Source of the DNA: Longimicrobiales bacterium
GTDB taxonomy: Bacteria > Gemmatimonadota > Gemmatimonadetes > Longimicrobiales > Gaopeijiaceae
Assembly (NCBI GenBank): GCA_963664435.2
Contig: CAXXKM010000002.1
Location: 1,024,001-1,088,000, forward strand
Length of the DNA: 64,000 nucleotides
Reading direction: 5' to 3'
A program made the position numbers and the translations under genes. The notes under the pieces were generated by a model. That model was not told the origin of the DNA. It worked only from the letters and a program-made list of their open reading frames with translations, and did not search any database. The first letter of the stretch is position 1. Each line of letters begins with the position of its first letter. Below are positions 21,128 to 31,835 of this stretch, piece by piece.

Positions 21128-22702
21128 GTGACCGGCCGATCCGCCGTCTACGCGCCCAGAAGCGCCGCCGCCACCAGCCAGCCGCTCGCCAGCTGGGCGG
21201 CGCTCTCGGTGATGGAACGGGGCGGGAACGCGGTCGATGCGGCCGTCGCCGCCGCGGCCATGCTGAACGTGGTCGAGCCGCACATGACCGGGATGGGCGG
21301 CGACATGTTCGCGCTGCTGTGGTCGGCAGAGGAGGGCCGGCTGGTCGGGCTCGACTCGAGCGGGCGGTCGGGCTCGGGCATGTCGCGCGAGGCGATCGCG
21401 GCCGCGGGGCTGGACGACGTGCCCGCGAGCGGGCCGGGATCGGTGACGGTGCCGGGGGCGGTCGCGGGATGGGCGGCCCTGCTGGACCGGTTCGGCGCCA
21501 TGACCTTCCCGGAAGTGCTCGCGCCGGCCATCCGCGTTGCGGAGGAGGGCTTTCCGGTCACGCCCATCATCGCGGGCCAGTGGGCCGCCGCGGCCGACAG
21601 GCTGCGCGCCGACCGCGGGGCGGCCGCGACCTGCCTGGTCGGTGGGCGGCGCGCCCCGCGCGCCGGGGAGTGGTTCCGGTCGCCGGAGCTGGCCGCGAGC
21701 TTCCGCCTGGTCGCGGGCGGGGGGGCGGGGGCCTTCTACACGGGCGCGCTCGGCCGGCGGCTGGTGGAGGGACTGGAGGGGTTGGGCGGTTTCCTGACCC
21801 GCGAGGACCTCGCCGGCCATGAGCCGCGCTGGGTGACCCCGCTCTCCACCGACTTCGCGGGACATACGCTGTGGGAACTCCCCCCGGCCGGGCAGGGGAT
21901 CGCCGCACTCGAGATGCTCCGCATCCTTGACGGGTTCGATCTCGGCATCATGGGTCACAACAGCCCTGCCTACCTGCATCACCTGATCGAGGCCAAGAAG
22001 CTGGCCTTCGCCGACCTCGCGGGCCATGTGGGCGACCCGGACCACATGAGCATCCTGGCTCAGGCGCTGCTTGCCGATGACCACGTGAACTCCCGCCGCG
22101 CGCTGCTGAACCCGCGTGAGGCCGCCGGCCGCGTGGACCCGGGCGCCGCGGTTCCGGAGAGCGAGACCATCTACCTGTGCACGGCGGACGAGCACGGCAA
22201 CATGGTGTCGTTCATCAACAGCCTCTACGAGGGCTTCGGCTCGGGCGTGGTGATCCCGGGAACCGGGTTTGCGCTCCAGAACCGCGGCGCCTGCTTCACC
22301 TTCGAGGAAGGACACCCGAACCAGGTCGCGCCCCGCAAGAAGCCCTTGCACACCATCATCCCGGCGTTCGTGACCCGCGGCGGGGAACCATGGCTGGCGT
22401 TCGGCGTCATGGGCGGTTCCATGCAACCCCAGGGGCACGTTCAGGTGCTGCTCAACCTCCTCGTCTTCGGGATGGACCTGCAGGCCGCCATCGAAGCGCC
22501 CCGATTTCGCCACACCACCGGACGGGACGTGGCGGTCGAGGGGATCAGCCGCACGGCAGGCGTCGCGCTCGCGCTCATGGGGCATCATGTGATCGATCCG
22601 TCGCTCACTTCCTTCGGGGGAGGGCAGGGGGTGATGCGCCTGGAACGGGGATGGGCGGCGGGGTCGGATCCGCGCAAGGACGGAATGGCGGTCGGGCGCT
22701 GA
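21128..22702 (+). CDS. ggt: Gamma-glutamyltransferase family protein
   Basis: GGNAVDAAVA, VEPHMTGMGGD, nucleophile SETIY, LQNRG, GVMGGSMQPQGH and DPRKDG. GTG start is approximate. Confidence 0.92.
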   Translation: MTGRSAVYAPRSAAATSQPLASWAALSVMERGGNAVDAAVAAAAMLNVVEPHMTGMGGDMFALLWSAEEGRLVGLDSSGRSGSGMSREAIAAAGLDDVPASGPGSVTVPGAVAGWAALLDRFGAMTFPEVLAPAIRVAEEGFPVTPIIAGQWAAAADRLRADRGAAATCLVGGRRAPRAGEWFRSPELAASFRLVAGGGAGAFYTGALGRRLVEGLEGLGGFLTREDLAGHEPRWVTPLSTDFAGHTLWELPPAGQGIAALEMLRILDGFDLGIMGHNSPAYLHHLIEAKKLAFADLAGHVGDPDHMSILAQALLADDHVNSRRALLNPREAAGRVDPGAAVPESETIYLCTADEHGNMVSFINSLYEGFGSGVVIPGTGFALQNRGACFTFEEGHPNQVAPRKKPLHTIIPAFVTRGGEPWLAFGVMGGSMQPQGHVQVLLNLLVFGMDLQAAIEAPRFRHTTGRDVAVEGISRTAGVALALMGHHVIDPSLTSFGGGQGVMRLERGWAAGSDPRKDGMAVGR

Positions 22703-23502
22703 TGGATCGGTTTGAACGCCTTCCGCCCTCCGGCGTGGCGCCTCGGCCCGCGGCGACCGTCGTTCTACTGCGGGCGCGGCCGCCGGACTTCCAGCTCCTG
22801 TTGATGAGGCGCAACCGCTCTGCGGGATTCGTGCCGGGCGCCTACGTCTTTCCCGGGGGGCGGGTGGATGCTCAGGACGCCGATCCGGCCCTGGTCTCGC
22901 GCCTCGAGCGGCTCACGCCGGCGGAGGCGGCCGACCGCCTCACCCTTCCCGATGGGGATCCGCCCGCCATCGCGTACTACCTGGCCGCGGCGCGCGAGGC
23001 GTTCGAGGAGGCCGCCGTGTTGGTCGCCCGGCCCGGCGGACGCTTCCTGCCAGGCACGGGCGCGGGCCGCGCACACTTGCTTCGCCTGCGCGCACACCTG
23101 CTGGCCGGCACCCTGGGCTTCACCGAAGTCCTCGACGATCTGGGGGTGGGCATCGACGGAGCCGCCCTCGAGTACATCGCCCACTGGATCACCCCCGAGG
23201 CCGAGTCCCGGCGCTACGACACCCGCTTCTTCGCGGCGCTGGCGCCCGCGGGGTCGCGGTCCACCCCCGACCCCCGCGAGATGACCGATTCGCTCTGGCT
23301 CTCGCCCGGGGAAGCCTTCGACCGGCACCGTGCGGGACGCCTTCCGATGATCTTTCCGACCATCCGCACGCTGGAGCAGTTCAGCGCCTTCTCGACGGCG
23401 GACGCCGTGCTGGCCCACTACCGGACGCGCGACATCCCGGTCATCATGCCCGCCCTGGTGCGAACCGAGGCCGGGGTGAAGGTGAGTATCCTGGACGAAT
23501 AG
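22702..23502 (+). CDS. NUDIX hydrolase (Nudt19-like)
   Basis: PRPAATVVLLR, VFPGGRVD, REAFEEA and HWITP..RRYDTRFF; TGATG coupling to ggt. Confidence 0.88.
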   Translation: MDRFERLPPSGVAPRPAATVVLLRARPPDFQLLLMRRNRSAGFVPGAYVFPGGRVDAQDADPALVSRLERLTPAEAADRLTLPDGDPPAIAYYLAAAREAFEEAAVLVARPGGRFLPGTGAGRAHLLRLRAHLLAGTLGFTEVLDDLGVGIDGAALEYIAHWITPEAESRRYDTRFFAALAPAGSRSTPDPREMTDSLWLSPGEAFDRHRAGRLPMIFPTIRTLEQFSAFSTADAVLAHYRTRDIPVIMPALVRTEAGVKVSILDE

Positions 23503-23503
23503 A

Positions 23504-24697
23504 TCAGCGTGGGTCCGTCGCCAGGCGATGCACGCTGACGTGTTCCACGCCGAGCTCATCCCGGTATACCCCCGCCACAAGCCCGTCACGAATGCCGGTC
23601 ACGGTCATGCCACTCGGGGTCGCCACCACGCCCAGCCAGGCGCCCGCGGAGTCGAACAGGTCCCACGACGGTGGCTCGCGCGACAGCGGGTCGGCCGTGA
23701 ATCGCCGTGCCCACAGGTTGCCGCCGCCGTCCGCCAGCAGCCGGTCGAATGCCGGCTCGTGCGACGGAACCTCCATCTCGTCACGCCATTGGCGCCAGAC
23801 CGGCGCGGAACCCTGACCCAGTTCCACCAGGCTCTCGATCACCTGCGCCACATCCGATTCCGTCACCGGCTCGCGTTCGCGCGCGATCCGATATCGGGCC
23901 GCCAGCGAGCCGTCCGGATCGTGGACCGAAACCTCCGGTACCGACCCGCTGGCCACGGCGACCCGATTGCCCACGATCGCTCGCAGCGGCCGCGGACTGA
24001 ACGGCACCGGCAGCATGGACTGGCCGGTCCACAGCCAGCGCTGGCCGAGAACCGCCGTCAGCCGAACCAGGCCATCAAGGGCCGGATCGTAGCGCGCGAG
24101 TTCAACCGAGTCGGTCCAGGTGATGCCGGGCTCAGGCGCCTGTATCACGACCGGAAGGGCGACCAGCCAGTAACCGTCGTCGAAGAGGCCGAAAGCCACC
24201 AGGGGGGATCCGTCCGGACCGGACCGGCGCTCGGTGCCGAGCAGCTCTCCGCTCGGTCCCATGGTGGACACGCGCGAGAGCGCTCGGTCCCAGATCAGGA
24301 ACGCGCCGTCCTCTCGCAGCCCCAGATAGCGCGGGCTGCGGAATTCTCCCGGTCCCTCGCCGCGTCCCCCGGTGCTCCACAGGTGGCCGCCCCCGGCGTC
24401 GTAGCGACGCACCTCGGCGGTCCCGCCGTCCACGACGATGACCTCGCCTCCGGCGAGCAGCGCGACATCGAGGATCCGGAAAAAGCTGGAGGAGGATTCG
24501 GCCTCGGCGCCACCCAGCCTGAAGACGGGCTCGGGATTCACGCGCCACTCTGTCCCGGGCGGCCATGCCGGGGCTCGGCTCTCCACGACCCGGACGCCGG
24601 CGCTGTCGCGCTCGATGACGGCCCCCGGTTCCCGTTCGGCGCACCCCGTGGCGGCAACCAGCGCGAGCGCCGGCACGAGCGCGAGGCGGGAGCGCAA
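23504..24697 (-). CDS. 6-bladed beta-propeller lipoprotein
   Basis: Lipobox ATGC, RDSAGVRVVE, GGRGEGPGEF, WDLFDSAGAWLG and RDELGVEHV. Confidence 0.8.
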   Translation of the reverse strand: MRSRLALVPALALVAATGCAEREPGAVIERDSAGVRVVESRAPAWPPGTEWRVNPEPVFRLGGAEAESSSSFFRILDVALLAGGEVIVVDGGTAEVRRYDAGGGHLWSTGGRGEGPGEFRSPRYLGLREDGAFLIWDRALSRVSTMGPSGELLGTERRSGPDGSPLVAFGLFDDGYWLVALPVVIQAPEPGITWTDSVELARYDPALDGLVRLTAVLGQRWLWTGQSMLPVPFSPRPLRAIVGNRVAVASGSVPEVSVHDPDGSLAARYRIAREREPVTESDVAQVIESLVELGQGSAPVWRQWRDEMEVPSHEPAFDRLLADGGGNLWARRFTADPLSREPPSWDLFDSAGAWLGVVATPSGMTVTGIRDGLVAGVYRDELGVEHVSVHRLATDPR

Positions 24698-24700
24698 GAC

Positions 24701-26362
24701 CTACATCCTCCGGTAGGCCGGCCCGCTGCCGCCTTCCCGCGGCGTCCAGCGCGGCCCCAGCACGTCGGTCGCCTTGCAGTCCACGCAGTTGGGGGCGTTC
24801 ACGACCAGCTCGCCGTCTTCACCCTCCTCGTACACGCCGGCCGGGCACATGCGGGCGTAGAACGCGGCTCCCTCGGGAGGCACTGCGTCGCCCGTGAGCA
24901 CATGGCCGGGGATGTCGTCGCGCGTCTGGTTCCCGGACTTGTACACCGCGTCGACCTTTGAGAATGTGAGCTCTCCATCGGGCTTGAAGTCCGAGGGTGC
25001 GCCGTGGCGTCGCGCCTCCTCGGCGTCTTCCGATACCGGGATGCGGGCACCGGGAAAGGCTCCGCCCGTCAACGTCATCAGGCCCGCCCGGATCCCGCCC
25101 GCCCAGAAGCCTTTCTTGAAGGCCAGCCGCAGATTGCGGGTGCGGCGCAGGTCCTTCATCACATACGAGTCGTCCAGGGTTCGGCTGAATCCCGCCAGAC
25201 CGTCGCCCTCGCCCTTGAGTTCGGCGAAGATGGCGTGGGCCGCGTAGATGCCCGACTGCATCGCGTAGTGGATCCCCTTGAGAGAGGGAACGTCCACGAG
25301 GCCGGCCGCGTCGCCGCAAACCAGCGCGCCCTCCCCGTGGCGGCGCTCCGGAATCGAGTAGTAGCCGCCTTCGGGGATCGTCTTTGCGCCCCATTCCAGC
25401 ATCTCGCCGCCCTCGAGCGTCGGGCGAAAGAGCGGGTGCAGCTTCATCCTCTGGAGAAGCTCGTGGACGTCGAGCGAGGCATCCCGGTAATCCAGCCCCA
25501 CGACCAGCCCCAGCGCGACCAGGTCGTCGGCGAGCGGATACATGAAGCTGCCTCCGAAGGCATCGCGCGGGAGGGGCCACCCGAGGGTGTGCACGACGCG
25601 GTCCAGGGGCCGGGGGGTGCGCCAGAGCTCCTTCACGCCGAGGGCGTAGATCTGGGGGTTGGGCGACCCGATGCCCTCCCGCTCCAGCCAGGCCTGGGTG
25701 AGCGGGCCGCGGGTGCCCTCGGCGAGCACGGTGACCGTGGCCGAAATGTCCATGGGCGGCTGGTAGCCCGCTCCCGGCGCGCCCTGCCGGTCGAGCCCGC
25801 CGGGCGTCGTGCGCACGCCCGTGACACGTCTTCCTTCAACCAGGAGCGAGTCGACCGGGAACCCCGGGAAGATGTTCACGCCCAGCTCCTCGGCCCGCTC
25901 GCCCAGCCAGCGCACCATCTCGCAGATCGAGCCCACGAAGTTGCCGTGATTCCGCATCGTGGGCGGCGTCGGCAGCCGGAACGCGTGCGCGCCGGTCAGG
26001 AGATACACCGCTTCACGGGAAACCGGGCGCGTGAAGGGAAAGTCGTCATCGGCAAGCTCGGGGAAGAGCTCCCGGAAAGCGCGCGGGTTGACCACGGCCC
26101 CGGAAAGGCTGTGCTCGCCGAGCTCGCCGGCCTTCTCGAGCACGCCGATCTCGAGTTCGCCCAGATTGCCCCCGGCCTCGCCATCGGCCTGCGCCAGCTT
26201 CGCGAGCTGTATGGCGCCCGCGAGCCCCGCCGGGCCGCCCCCCACGAAGACCACGTCGAGCGGGACGGCTTCAGCGTCCGGAGGTTCCTCGACGATGAAG
26301 CGATCGCCGGGCAGGGCCGGCTGCCAGACGGCGGGCCGCGCGGACGGCGGAGGTTGCGACAT
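24701..26362 (-). CDS. Electron transfer flavoprotein:quinone oxidoreductase
   Basis: GGGPAGL, HSLSGAV, AEGTRG, YALGVKE, KTIPEGG, KGIHYAM and a C-terminal ferredoxin part CPAGVYE...NCVDC. Confidence 0.93.
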   Translation of the reverse strand: MSQPPPSARPAVWQPALPGDRFIVEEPPDAEAVPLDVVFVGGGPAGLAGAIQLAKLAQADGEAGGNLGELEIGVLEKAGELGEHSLSGAVVNPRAFRELFPELADDDFPFTRPVSREAVYLLTGAHAFRLPTPPTMRNHGNFVGSICEMVRWLGERAEELGVNIFPGFPVDSLLVEGRRVTGVRTTPGGLDRQGAPGAGYQPPMDISATVTVLAEGTRGPLTQAWLEREGIGSPNPQIYALGVKELWRTPRPLDRVVHTLGWPLPRDAFGGSFMYPLADDLVALGLVVGLDYRDASLDVHELLQRMKLHPLFRPTLEGGEMLEWGAKTIPEGGYYSIPERRHGEGALVCGDAAGLVDVPSLKGIHYAMQSGIYAAHAIFAELKGEGDGLAGFSRTLDDSYVMKDLRRTRNLRLAFKKGFWAGGIRAGLMTLTGGAFPGARIPVSEDAEEARRHGAPSDFKPDGELTFSKVDAVYKSGNQTRDDIPGHVLTGDAVPPEGAAFYARMCPAGVYEEGEDGELVVNAPNCVDCKATDVLGPRWTPREGGSGPAYRRM

Positions 26363-26580
26363 GCGGACTCCTGAACGGGCTTCCGGTCACCGCGGCCTGT
26401 TTGCGCCGTGGGTCGAGCCGGCGCGTGGCGGGCAGGATCCGGGCCCGGAAAGCGGGGTAGTCTGTCGAGGCCGCAGCGCCGCCCGACCCCGGGCAGCCGG
26501 CCTCCCGAAGTGCTACATCCTAGCCAATCCCGCGCCGGTCGTCACGGCGTCCTTCCAACCCCCGCTCCCCGACGACGAAC

Positions 26581-28050
26581 ATGACCCATCGCCGACCCGC
26601 CACGGTTCGGGAGTTGCGCGAATCCGGCTATCGCCCCCGCAGCGTCAAGGACGAACTGAGGGCCAACCTGGTCCGCAAGCTCCACGACGGGGAGGAGCTC
26701 TTCCCTGGCATCCTGGGCTACGACGACAGCGTGGTTCCGCAGATCGTGAACGGGATTCTGGCGCGGCACGACTTCATCCTGCTCGGACTTCGGGGCCAGG
26801 CCAAGAGCAGAATCCTGCGCCAGCTGGTGGAGTTCCTGGACGAGGAAATCCCGATTCTCGCGGGCAGCGAGATCAACGACGAGCCCTTCCACCCGGTGTC
26901 GCGCTACGGGCGGCTGCTGATCGAGGAGCACGGCGAGGACGCGCCGGTGGCGTGGGTGCCGCGGGAAAGCCGCTACGTGGAGAAGCTCGCGACCCCGGAC
27001 GTGAGCATCGCGGACATGATCGGGGATGTGGACCCCATCAAGGCGGCCCGGGGCGGACACATCCTGGCGGACGAGCTCACGGTCCACTACGGGCTGCTGC
27101 CCCGGGCCAACCGCGGCGTTTTCGCGATCAACGAGCTTCCGGATCTCGCCGGCAAGATCCAGGTCGGGCTCTTCAACATCCTCCAGGAGGGGGATGTGCA
27201 GATCAAGGGCTATCCCATCCGCCTTCAGCTGGATGTCATGCTGGCGTTTACGGCCAATCCCGAAGACTATACCGCGCGCGGCAAGATCATCACGCCGCTG
27301 AAGGACCGCATCGGCACCGAGGTACGCACCCACTATCCGGCAACGCTTGCCGTGGGGCGGGCGATCACGGCACAGGAGGCGTGGGTCGAGCGGGGGGATC
27401 TTCCGGTGGAGATTCCCGACTTCATCGGTGAGATCGTGGAGTCGGTCGCATTTCTGGCCCGTGTCGACAAGCGGGTGGATCAGCGCTCGGGCGTGAGTCA
27501 GCGCATGCCCATCTCGGTGCTGGAGATCGCCGTGGCCAGCGCGGAACGGCGCGCGCTGCGCCTGGGGGAGAAGACCGTCGTGCCCCGCGTGAGCGACATC
27601 TACGCGGCCCGGCCGGCGATCACCGGCAAGATGGAGCTGGAGTACGAAGGCGAGCTGCACGGACCCGACCGCATCGCCTGCGAACTGATCGCCCGGGCCG
27701 CGGGACAGGTCTTCGAGACGTACGCGGGCGGCGCCGACGTGGAACCGATTGTAGAGTACTTCGAGGAAGGCGGCGCGCTGCAGGTCTCCAACGACGCCGG
27801 AGCGAAGGCGTGCGTGAAGGGATTCGACAACGTGCCGGGACTGCTGGAGCTGCTCTCCAATGTCGGGCTGGCCGCGAAGAGCGCCGGCGCCGGCCACCGG
27901 GCGTCCGCCTGTGAGTTCGTGCTCGAGGCGCTGGTCGACGCCAAGCGCATCAGCCGCACCGACGGCGGAGGTTATGGGCGCGCGCGCCACGACGCGCCCG
28001 CGCAGGGACAGGGATTCAAGGGATCAGGGCCGTTTCCGGCCCAGAGCTGA
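26581..28050 (+). CDS. Magnesium-chelatase-like/MoxR-related AAA+ ATPase
   Basis: Walker A GLRGQAKS, EKLATPD, INELPDL and TANPEDYT.RGKIITPLKDR. Confidence 0.85.
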   Translation: MTHRRPATVRELRESGYRPRSVKDELRANLVRKLHDGEELFPGILGYDDSVVPQIVNGILARHDFILLGLRGQAKSRILRQLVEFLDEEIPILAGSEINDEPFHPVSRYGRLLIEEHGEDAPVAWVPRESRYVEKLATPDVSIADMIGDVDPIKAARGGHILADELTVHYGLLPRANRGVFAINELPDLAGKIQVGLFNILQEGDVQIKGYPIRLQLDVMLAFTANPEDYTARGKIITPLKDRIGTEVRTHYPATLAVGRAITAQEAWVERGDLPVEIPDFIGEIVESVAFLARVDKRVDQRSGVSQRMPISVLEIAVASAERRALRLGEKTVVPRVSDIYAARPAITGKMELEYEGELHGPDRIACELIARAAGQVFETYAGGADVEPIVEYFEEGGALQVSNDAGAKACVKGFDNVPGLLELLSNVGLAAKSAGAGHRASACEFVLEALVDAKRISRTDGGGYGRARHDAPAQGQGFKGSGPFPAQS

Positions 28051-28069
28051 GCCAATCAGGAGAAGAACC

Positions 28070-28669
28070 ATGCGTTGTTCCACTCGTGTGTCCGTTTCCG
28101 CGCGGCCGATCGCCGCAACGAGTCGCCGGGGGCGGATGCTGGTCGCCCACGCCATGTTCACCTTCGCGGCCATGGCGGTCCTGGCCGTTCCCGCGCGCGC
28201 CCAAGGCACCTCCGGCTTCGGCGAGGAGCTGCGCGGCCAGTTCGATGGGTCGGCGGAAAAGCTGGTGGCGCTGGCCGGGGCGATGCCGGCGGAGTCGTAC
28301 TCGTGGCAGCCGATGGAGGGGGTGTACACCGTGGCCGCCGCGTACATGCATGTCGCCCGCTACAACTACATGTATCCCGACATGTCCCTGGGGGTCGACG
28401 CGCCCGCCGGGGTGGAGTACGGCTCGCTGGAGGAACGGGTGACCACCAAGGATGAGGCCGTGCGCATCCTCGCCGCCTCCATGGACCACGTTCGGGCCAT
28501 CATGGACTCGATGTCCGACGCTGATTTGGCGAAGCGGACCGAGCTGTACGGGCGGGAAGTGGAGAGCTGGGCGGTGCTGCTGCAGCTGGTTACCCACATG
28601 AACGAGCACCTGGGCCAGGCGATCGCCTATGCCCGCATGAACAAGGTCGTGCCGCCCTGGTCGCGGTGA
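28070..28669 (+). CDS. Exported DinB-family protein
   Basis: Signal ending ARA-Q; AMPAESYSWQP; His triad YMHVA and THMNEHLGQ. Confidence 0.85.
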   Translation: MRCSTRVSVSARPIAATSRRGRMLVAHAMFTFAAMAVLAVPARAQGTSGFGEELRGQFDGSAEKLVALAGAMPAESYSWQPMEGVYTVAAAYMHVARYNYMYPDMSLGVDAPAGVEYGSLEERVTTKDEAVRILAASMDHVRAIMDSMSDADLAKRTELYGREVESWAVLLQLVTHMNEHLGQAIAYARMNKVVPPWSR

Positions 28670-28802
28670 CCGCCGCACCTCCGAGACGGGGCCGCCCGTG
28701 CACGGGCGGAGCGTGAGGCGGGGGCGCGGCGGCCCGCACCGTGCGCCCGCGTCGGAGTCGCGCCGCTCGCCAGGGGCGGGGCCGCCCGCAGCCGTGTGAA
28801 GG

Positions 28803-29954
28803 TCAGAAGCCCGCTGCCCGGGCGATGCGCTGCTGGGCGACCGGAAGGGGCAGGTCGGCCAGCTCGGAGGGGGTGACCCAGCGGCCCGCCTCCTCTTCCC
28901 ACTCTCCCCCCACCTCGACCCGACAGGGCCGGTACACCGCCGTGAAATGCGAGAACCGGTGGGTGACCGCGGGCAACTCCACCACCGCGGCCGCGTCGGG
29001 CTCGGCGAGCCGCGCTGGTCGTGCGTCCGCCACCCGCCCCGCCGTCGACGGCGTGGAACTCCCCCTCACCGGTGGCCCGACCGGGGTGCCCGTGGCGTCT
29101 GCCGCCACTCCCGCCGCCCGGGCAGCGGGTGGTCTGATCAGCCGCGCCACCGCGCCCGGCCCGTCCTCCTCCCCGTCCACCTCCACCGCCGGGAACTCCC
29201 ACATCCCCCCAAGCAGTCCCTCCGGCGGCCGCCGCACCACCAGCGTCCTGCCCCGCGGCGAGACCGCGACCAGCACGCCCCAGGTGCGGGTCGGCACGGC
29301 CTGCCGCCTCCTTCGCAGCGGCCGCTCCGCCACCGTGCCGGCCGCGCGCGCCCGGCAGCCCGTGGCCAGCGGGCATGCCCCACACGACGGCGCCCGCGGG
29401 GTGCACACGGTGGCGCCCAGCTCCATCATCGCCTCGTTGAAGTCGCCGGGGCGGGCCGTGTCCATCAGGCCGGCCGCGATGTCGCGCACCTCCGCGAGCG
29501 ATGGGTCGGGGAGGTCGCACAGCCGCGCGACCACCCGGCGCACGTTGCCGTCCACGGCCGGGACCGCCTCCCCGAATGCAATGCTCGCCACTGCGGCGGC
29601 GGTGTAAGGCCCGACTCCCGGTAGGGACCTCAACTCCGCCGACGACGAGGGAAGATGCCCGCCGCAGCGCTCCCGCATCCGGCGCGCACACCGGTGCGCA
29701 TTGCGTGCGCGGGCATAGTACCCCAGCCCCTGCCACAGCCGCAGCACTTCTTCCAGGTCGGCGTCCGCGAGCGCCCCGACATCCGGGAACCGCTCCATCC
29801 AGCGCCGGTAGTAGGGGACCACGGAGCCGGCTCGCGTCTGCTGCAGCATGACCTCCGAGATCCACACCGCGTAGGGGTCGCCGACGCCGCGCCAGGGAAG
29901 GTCCCGCTTGTGCGCGTCGAACCACGCGAGCAGTCTTTCGTGGATGGCTTCCAT
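28803..29954 (-). CDS. mutY: A/G-specific adenine glycosylase
   Basis: SEVMLQQT, WQGLGYYARARN, HhH LPGVGPYTA, VDGNV, CX6CX2CX5C and GMWEFP. Confidence 0.95.
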   Translation of the reverse strand: MEAIHERLLAWFDAHKRDLPWRGVGDPYAVWISEVMLQQTRAGSVVPYYRRWMERFPDVGALADADLEEVLRLWQGLGYYARARNAHRCARRMRERCGGHLPSSSAELRSLPGVGPYTAAAVASIAFGEAVPAVDGNVRRVVARLCDLPDPSLAEVRDIAAGLMDTARPGDFNEAMMELGATVCTPRAPSCGACPLATGCRARAAGTVAERPLRRRRQAVPTRTWGVLVAVSPRGRTLVVRRPPEGLLGGMWEFPAVEVDGEEDGPGAVARLIRPPAARAAGVAADATGTPVGPPVRGSSTPSTAGRVADARPARLAEPDAAAVVELPAVTHRFSHFTAVYRPCRVEVGGEWEEEAGRWVTPSELADLPLPVAQQRIARAAGF

Positions 29955-30044
29955 TCTCCTGTGGATGGCCGGCCACGCCTTCCGTCGTTCGGGATGATCG
30001 ACCGGCGGGCGCGGGCGGGACGTTCACTCCGGGGGGGCAGGGCA

Positions 30045-31334
30045 ATGCGCTTCACGACCTACACAAAGTATCGGCCCGGCCTGCTCGACGCCCTGAACCT
30101 TGAGGCCCTGCTCGAGCACCTCACCGACTTCCTGATGGACGGCGGCTTTGCCGGCGGTCCGCACTTCCATCCCTACTGGGGATGGTCCGGGACCGAGGAT
30201 ACGAGCTCCTACGACGCCCTCCAGAGGGCGATTCTCGACGCCCTCATCGAGAGCGGACAGTTCACCCCGGAGATGTTGGACGAGCTCCGCGGCGAAGGCG
30301 AAGGCGACGAGGAGGTTCAGCGGCGGATCGCGCAACTCATCGACGACATCGTCCAGAAGCTCGTGGAAGAGGGATACCTGACCCTGGAGGGCGGCGAAGC
30401 CATGCCGGGGCCCACGCAGGAGATGACGGGCCAGGGGCACGTCGACGAGGCCAGGGACGCCGCCCGCAGCGTGAACTTCGGGCTCACCCGCAAGGGCGTG
30501 GATTTCCTGGGGTATCGCGCTCTGCGCAATCTGCTCTCCGCCAGCGGCACGTCCAGCTTCGGCTCCCACGAAACACCGAAGCTGGCGACCGGCGTGGAGG
30601 CCGACGCGGCGAGCCGTCCCTACGAGTACGGCGACGTCCTCAACCTCGACATTCCCGCAACCCTCCGGAGCGCGATCGAGAGGGAGGGGCTGTCCATCCC
30701 CATCGAGCTCGACTACAAGGACCTGATGGTGCATCAGACCGAGTACCGGTCCTCCTGCGCGACGGTGCTCATGCTCGACGTGTCGCACTCGATGATCCTC
30801 TACGGCGAGGATCGCTTCGGTCCCGCCAAGCGGGTCGCCCTGGCGCTGACCCACCTGATCCGCACGCAGTTTCCGGGCGATGTCCTCAAGGTCGTGACGT
30901 TCGGCGACCGTGCCACCGAGATCCCGCTTTCGCAGCTGGCGCGGGCGCAGGTGGGACCGTTCCACACGAATACCGCGGAAGGCCTCCTGATCGCGCGCCG
31001 CCTGCTCAAGGCGCAGAAGAAGGACATGATGCAGATCATCATGATCACCGACGGCAAACCCTCCGCGGTGACCCTTCCCAACGGGCGCATCTACAAGAAC
31101 TCGGGCGCGCCCGACGGCCTGATTCTGCGGAGGACGTTCCGGGAAGTGGCGGCGTGCCGGAACGCGGGCATCCATATCAACACCTTCATGCTCGCCCGCG
31201 ACCCCTACCTGGTGCGCTTCGTGCGCGAAGTGGCCGAGATCTCGCGCGGAAAGGCCTACTTCACGAGTTCGCTCACCCTGGGGCAGTACATCATGATGGA
31301 CTTCCTCAGGCGCAAGCAGCGCCGGATCGCCTGA
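30045..31334 (+). CDS. vWA-domain protein
   Basis: MIDAS DVSHS, HTNT and IMITDGKPS motifs. Confidence 0.88.
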   Translation: MRFTTYTKYRPGLLDALNLEALLEHLTDFLMDGGFAGGPHFHPYWGWSGTEDTSSYDALQRAILDALIESGQFTPEMLDELRGEGEGDEEVQRRIAQLIDDIVQKLVEEGYLTLEGGEAMPGPTQEMTGQGHVDEARDAARSVNFGLTRKGVDFLGYRALRNLLSASGTSSFGSHETPKLATGVEADAASRPYEYGDVLNLDIPATLRSAIEREGLSIPIELDYKDLMVHQTEYRSSCATVLMLDVSHSMILYGEDRFGPAKRVALALTHLIRTQFPGDVLKVVTFGDRATEIPLSQLARAQVGPFHTNTAEGLLIARRLLKAQKKDMMQIIMITDGKPSAVTLPNGRIYKNSGAPDGLILRRTFREVAACRNAGIHINTFMLARDPYLVRFVREVAEISRGKAYFTSSLTLGQYIMMDFLRRKQRRIA

Positions 31335-31445
31335 TCAGGAGCCGGAGGCCCGGCGACCAGGCCTTCACCGCCATCGCGCTGTCGTGCACGCCTTGTTTCG
31401 GCCGGGCGGAACCGTGACAAACTAATCGAACTTAGTCCATTTAGT

Positions 31446-31835
31446 TCATCCAGAGTTCCGGGTGCGGCTCAGCCTGCCCGCGGGCCTCGGCACCAGCGCG
31501 GCGAGCACTTCGGCCAGTTCCCGCGTGCCGGCCGCGGCCTTCTCGCGATCCCCGCCCCCGGCCGCAAGCGCCGCCCGGGCGCAGGCCTCCAGGCTCTCGA
31601 CCGTCGCCCAGTCGACGTCCAGGGCCCCCGCAAGGGTGGTGAGCAGCTCGTCGGCGTAGTTCAGGCGCGTGGCCCGGCGGCCGGCGTTCAGGTCGTCCCA
31701 CGAGGACTGGCGCCTGCTCCGGGTCGGATCGCGGGCCTTCTCGCGCTCGTAGATGCCCCGCGCCAGTCGCTCCCGGAGCGCTCGGCGCAACTCCCGGCTG
31801 CGGTCCCCCGTGTCCCGGGCCGGGGCGCGTGTCAT
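31446..31835 (-). CDS. Hypothetical protein
   Basis: ATG overlaps the stop of the hmuY-like gene (ATGA); helical composition. Confidence 0.6.
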   Translation of the reverse strand: MTRAPARDTGDRSRELRRALRERLARGIYEREKARDPTRSRRQSSWDDLNAGRRATRLNYADELLTTLAGALDVDWATVESLEACARAALAAGGGDREKAAAGTRELAEVLAALVPRPAGRLSRTRNSG

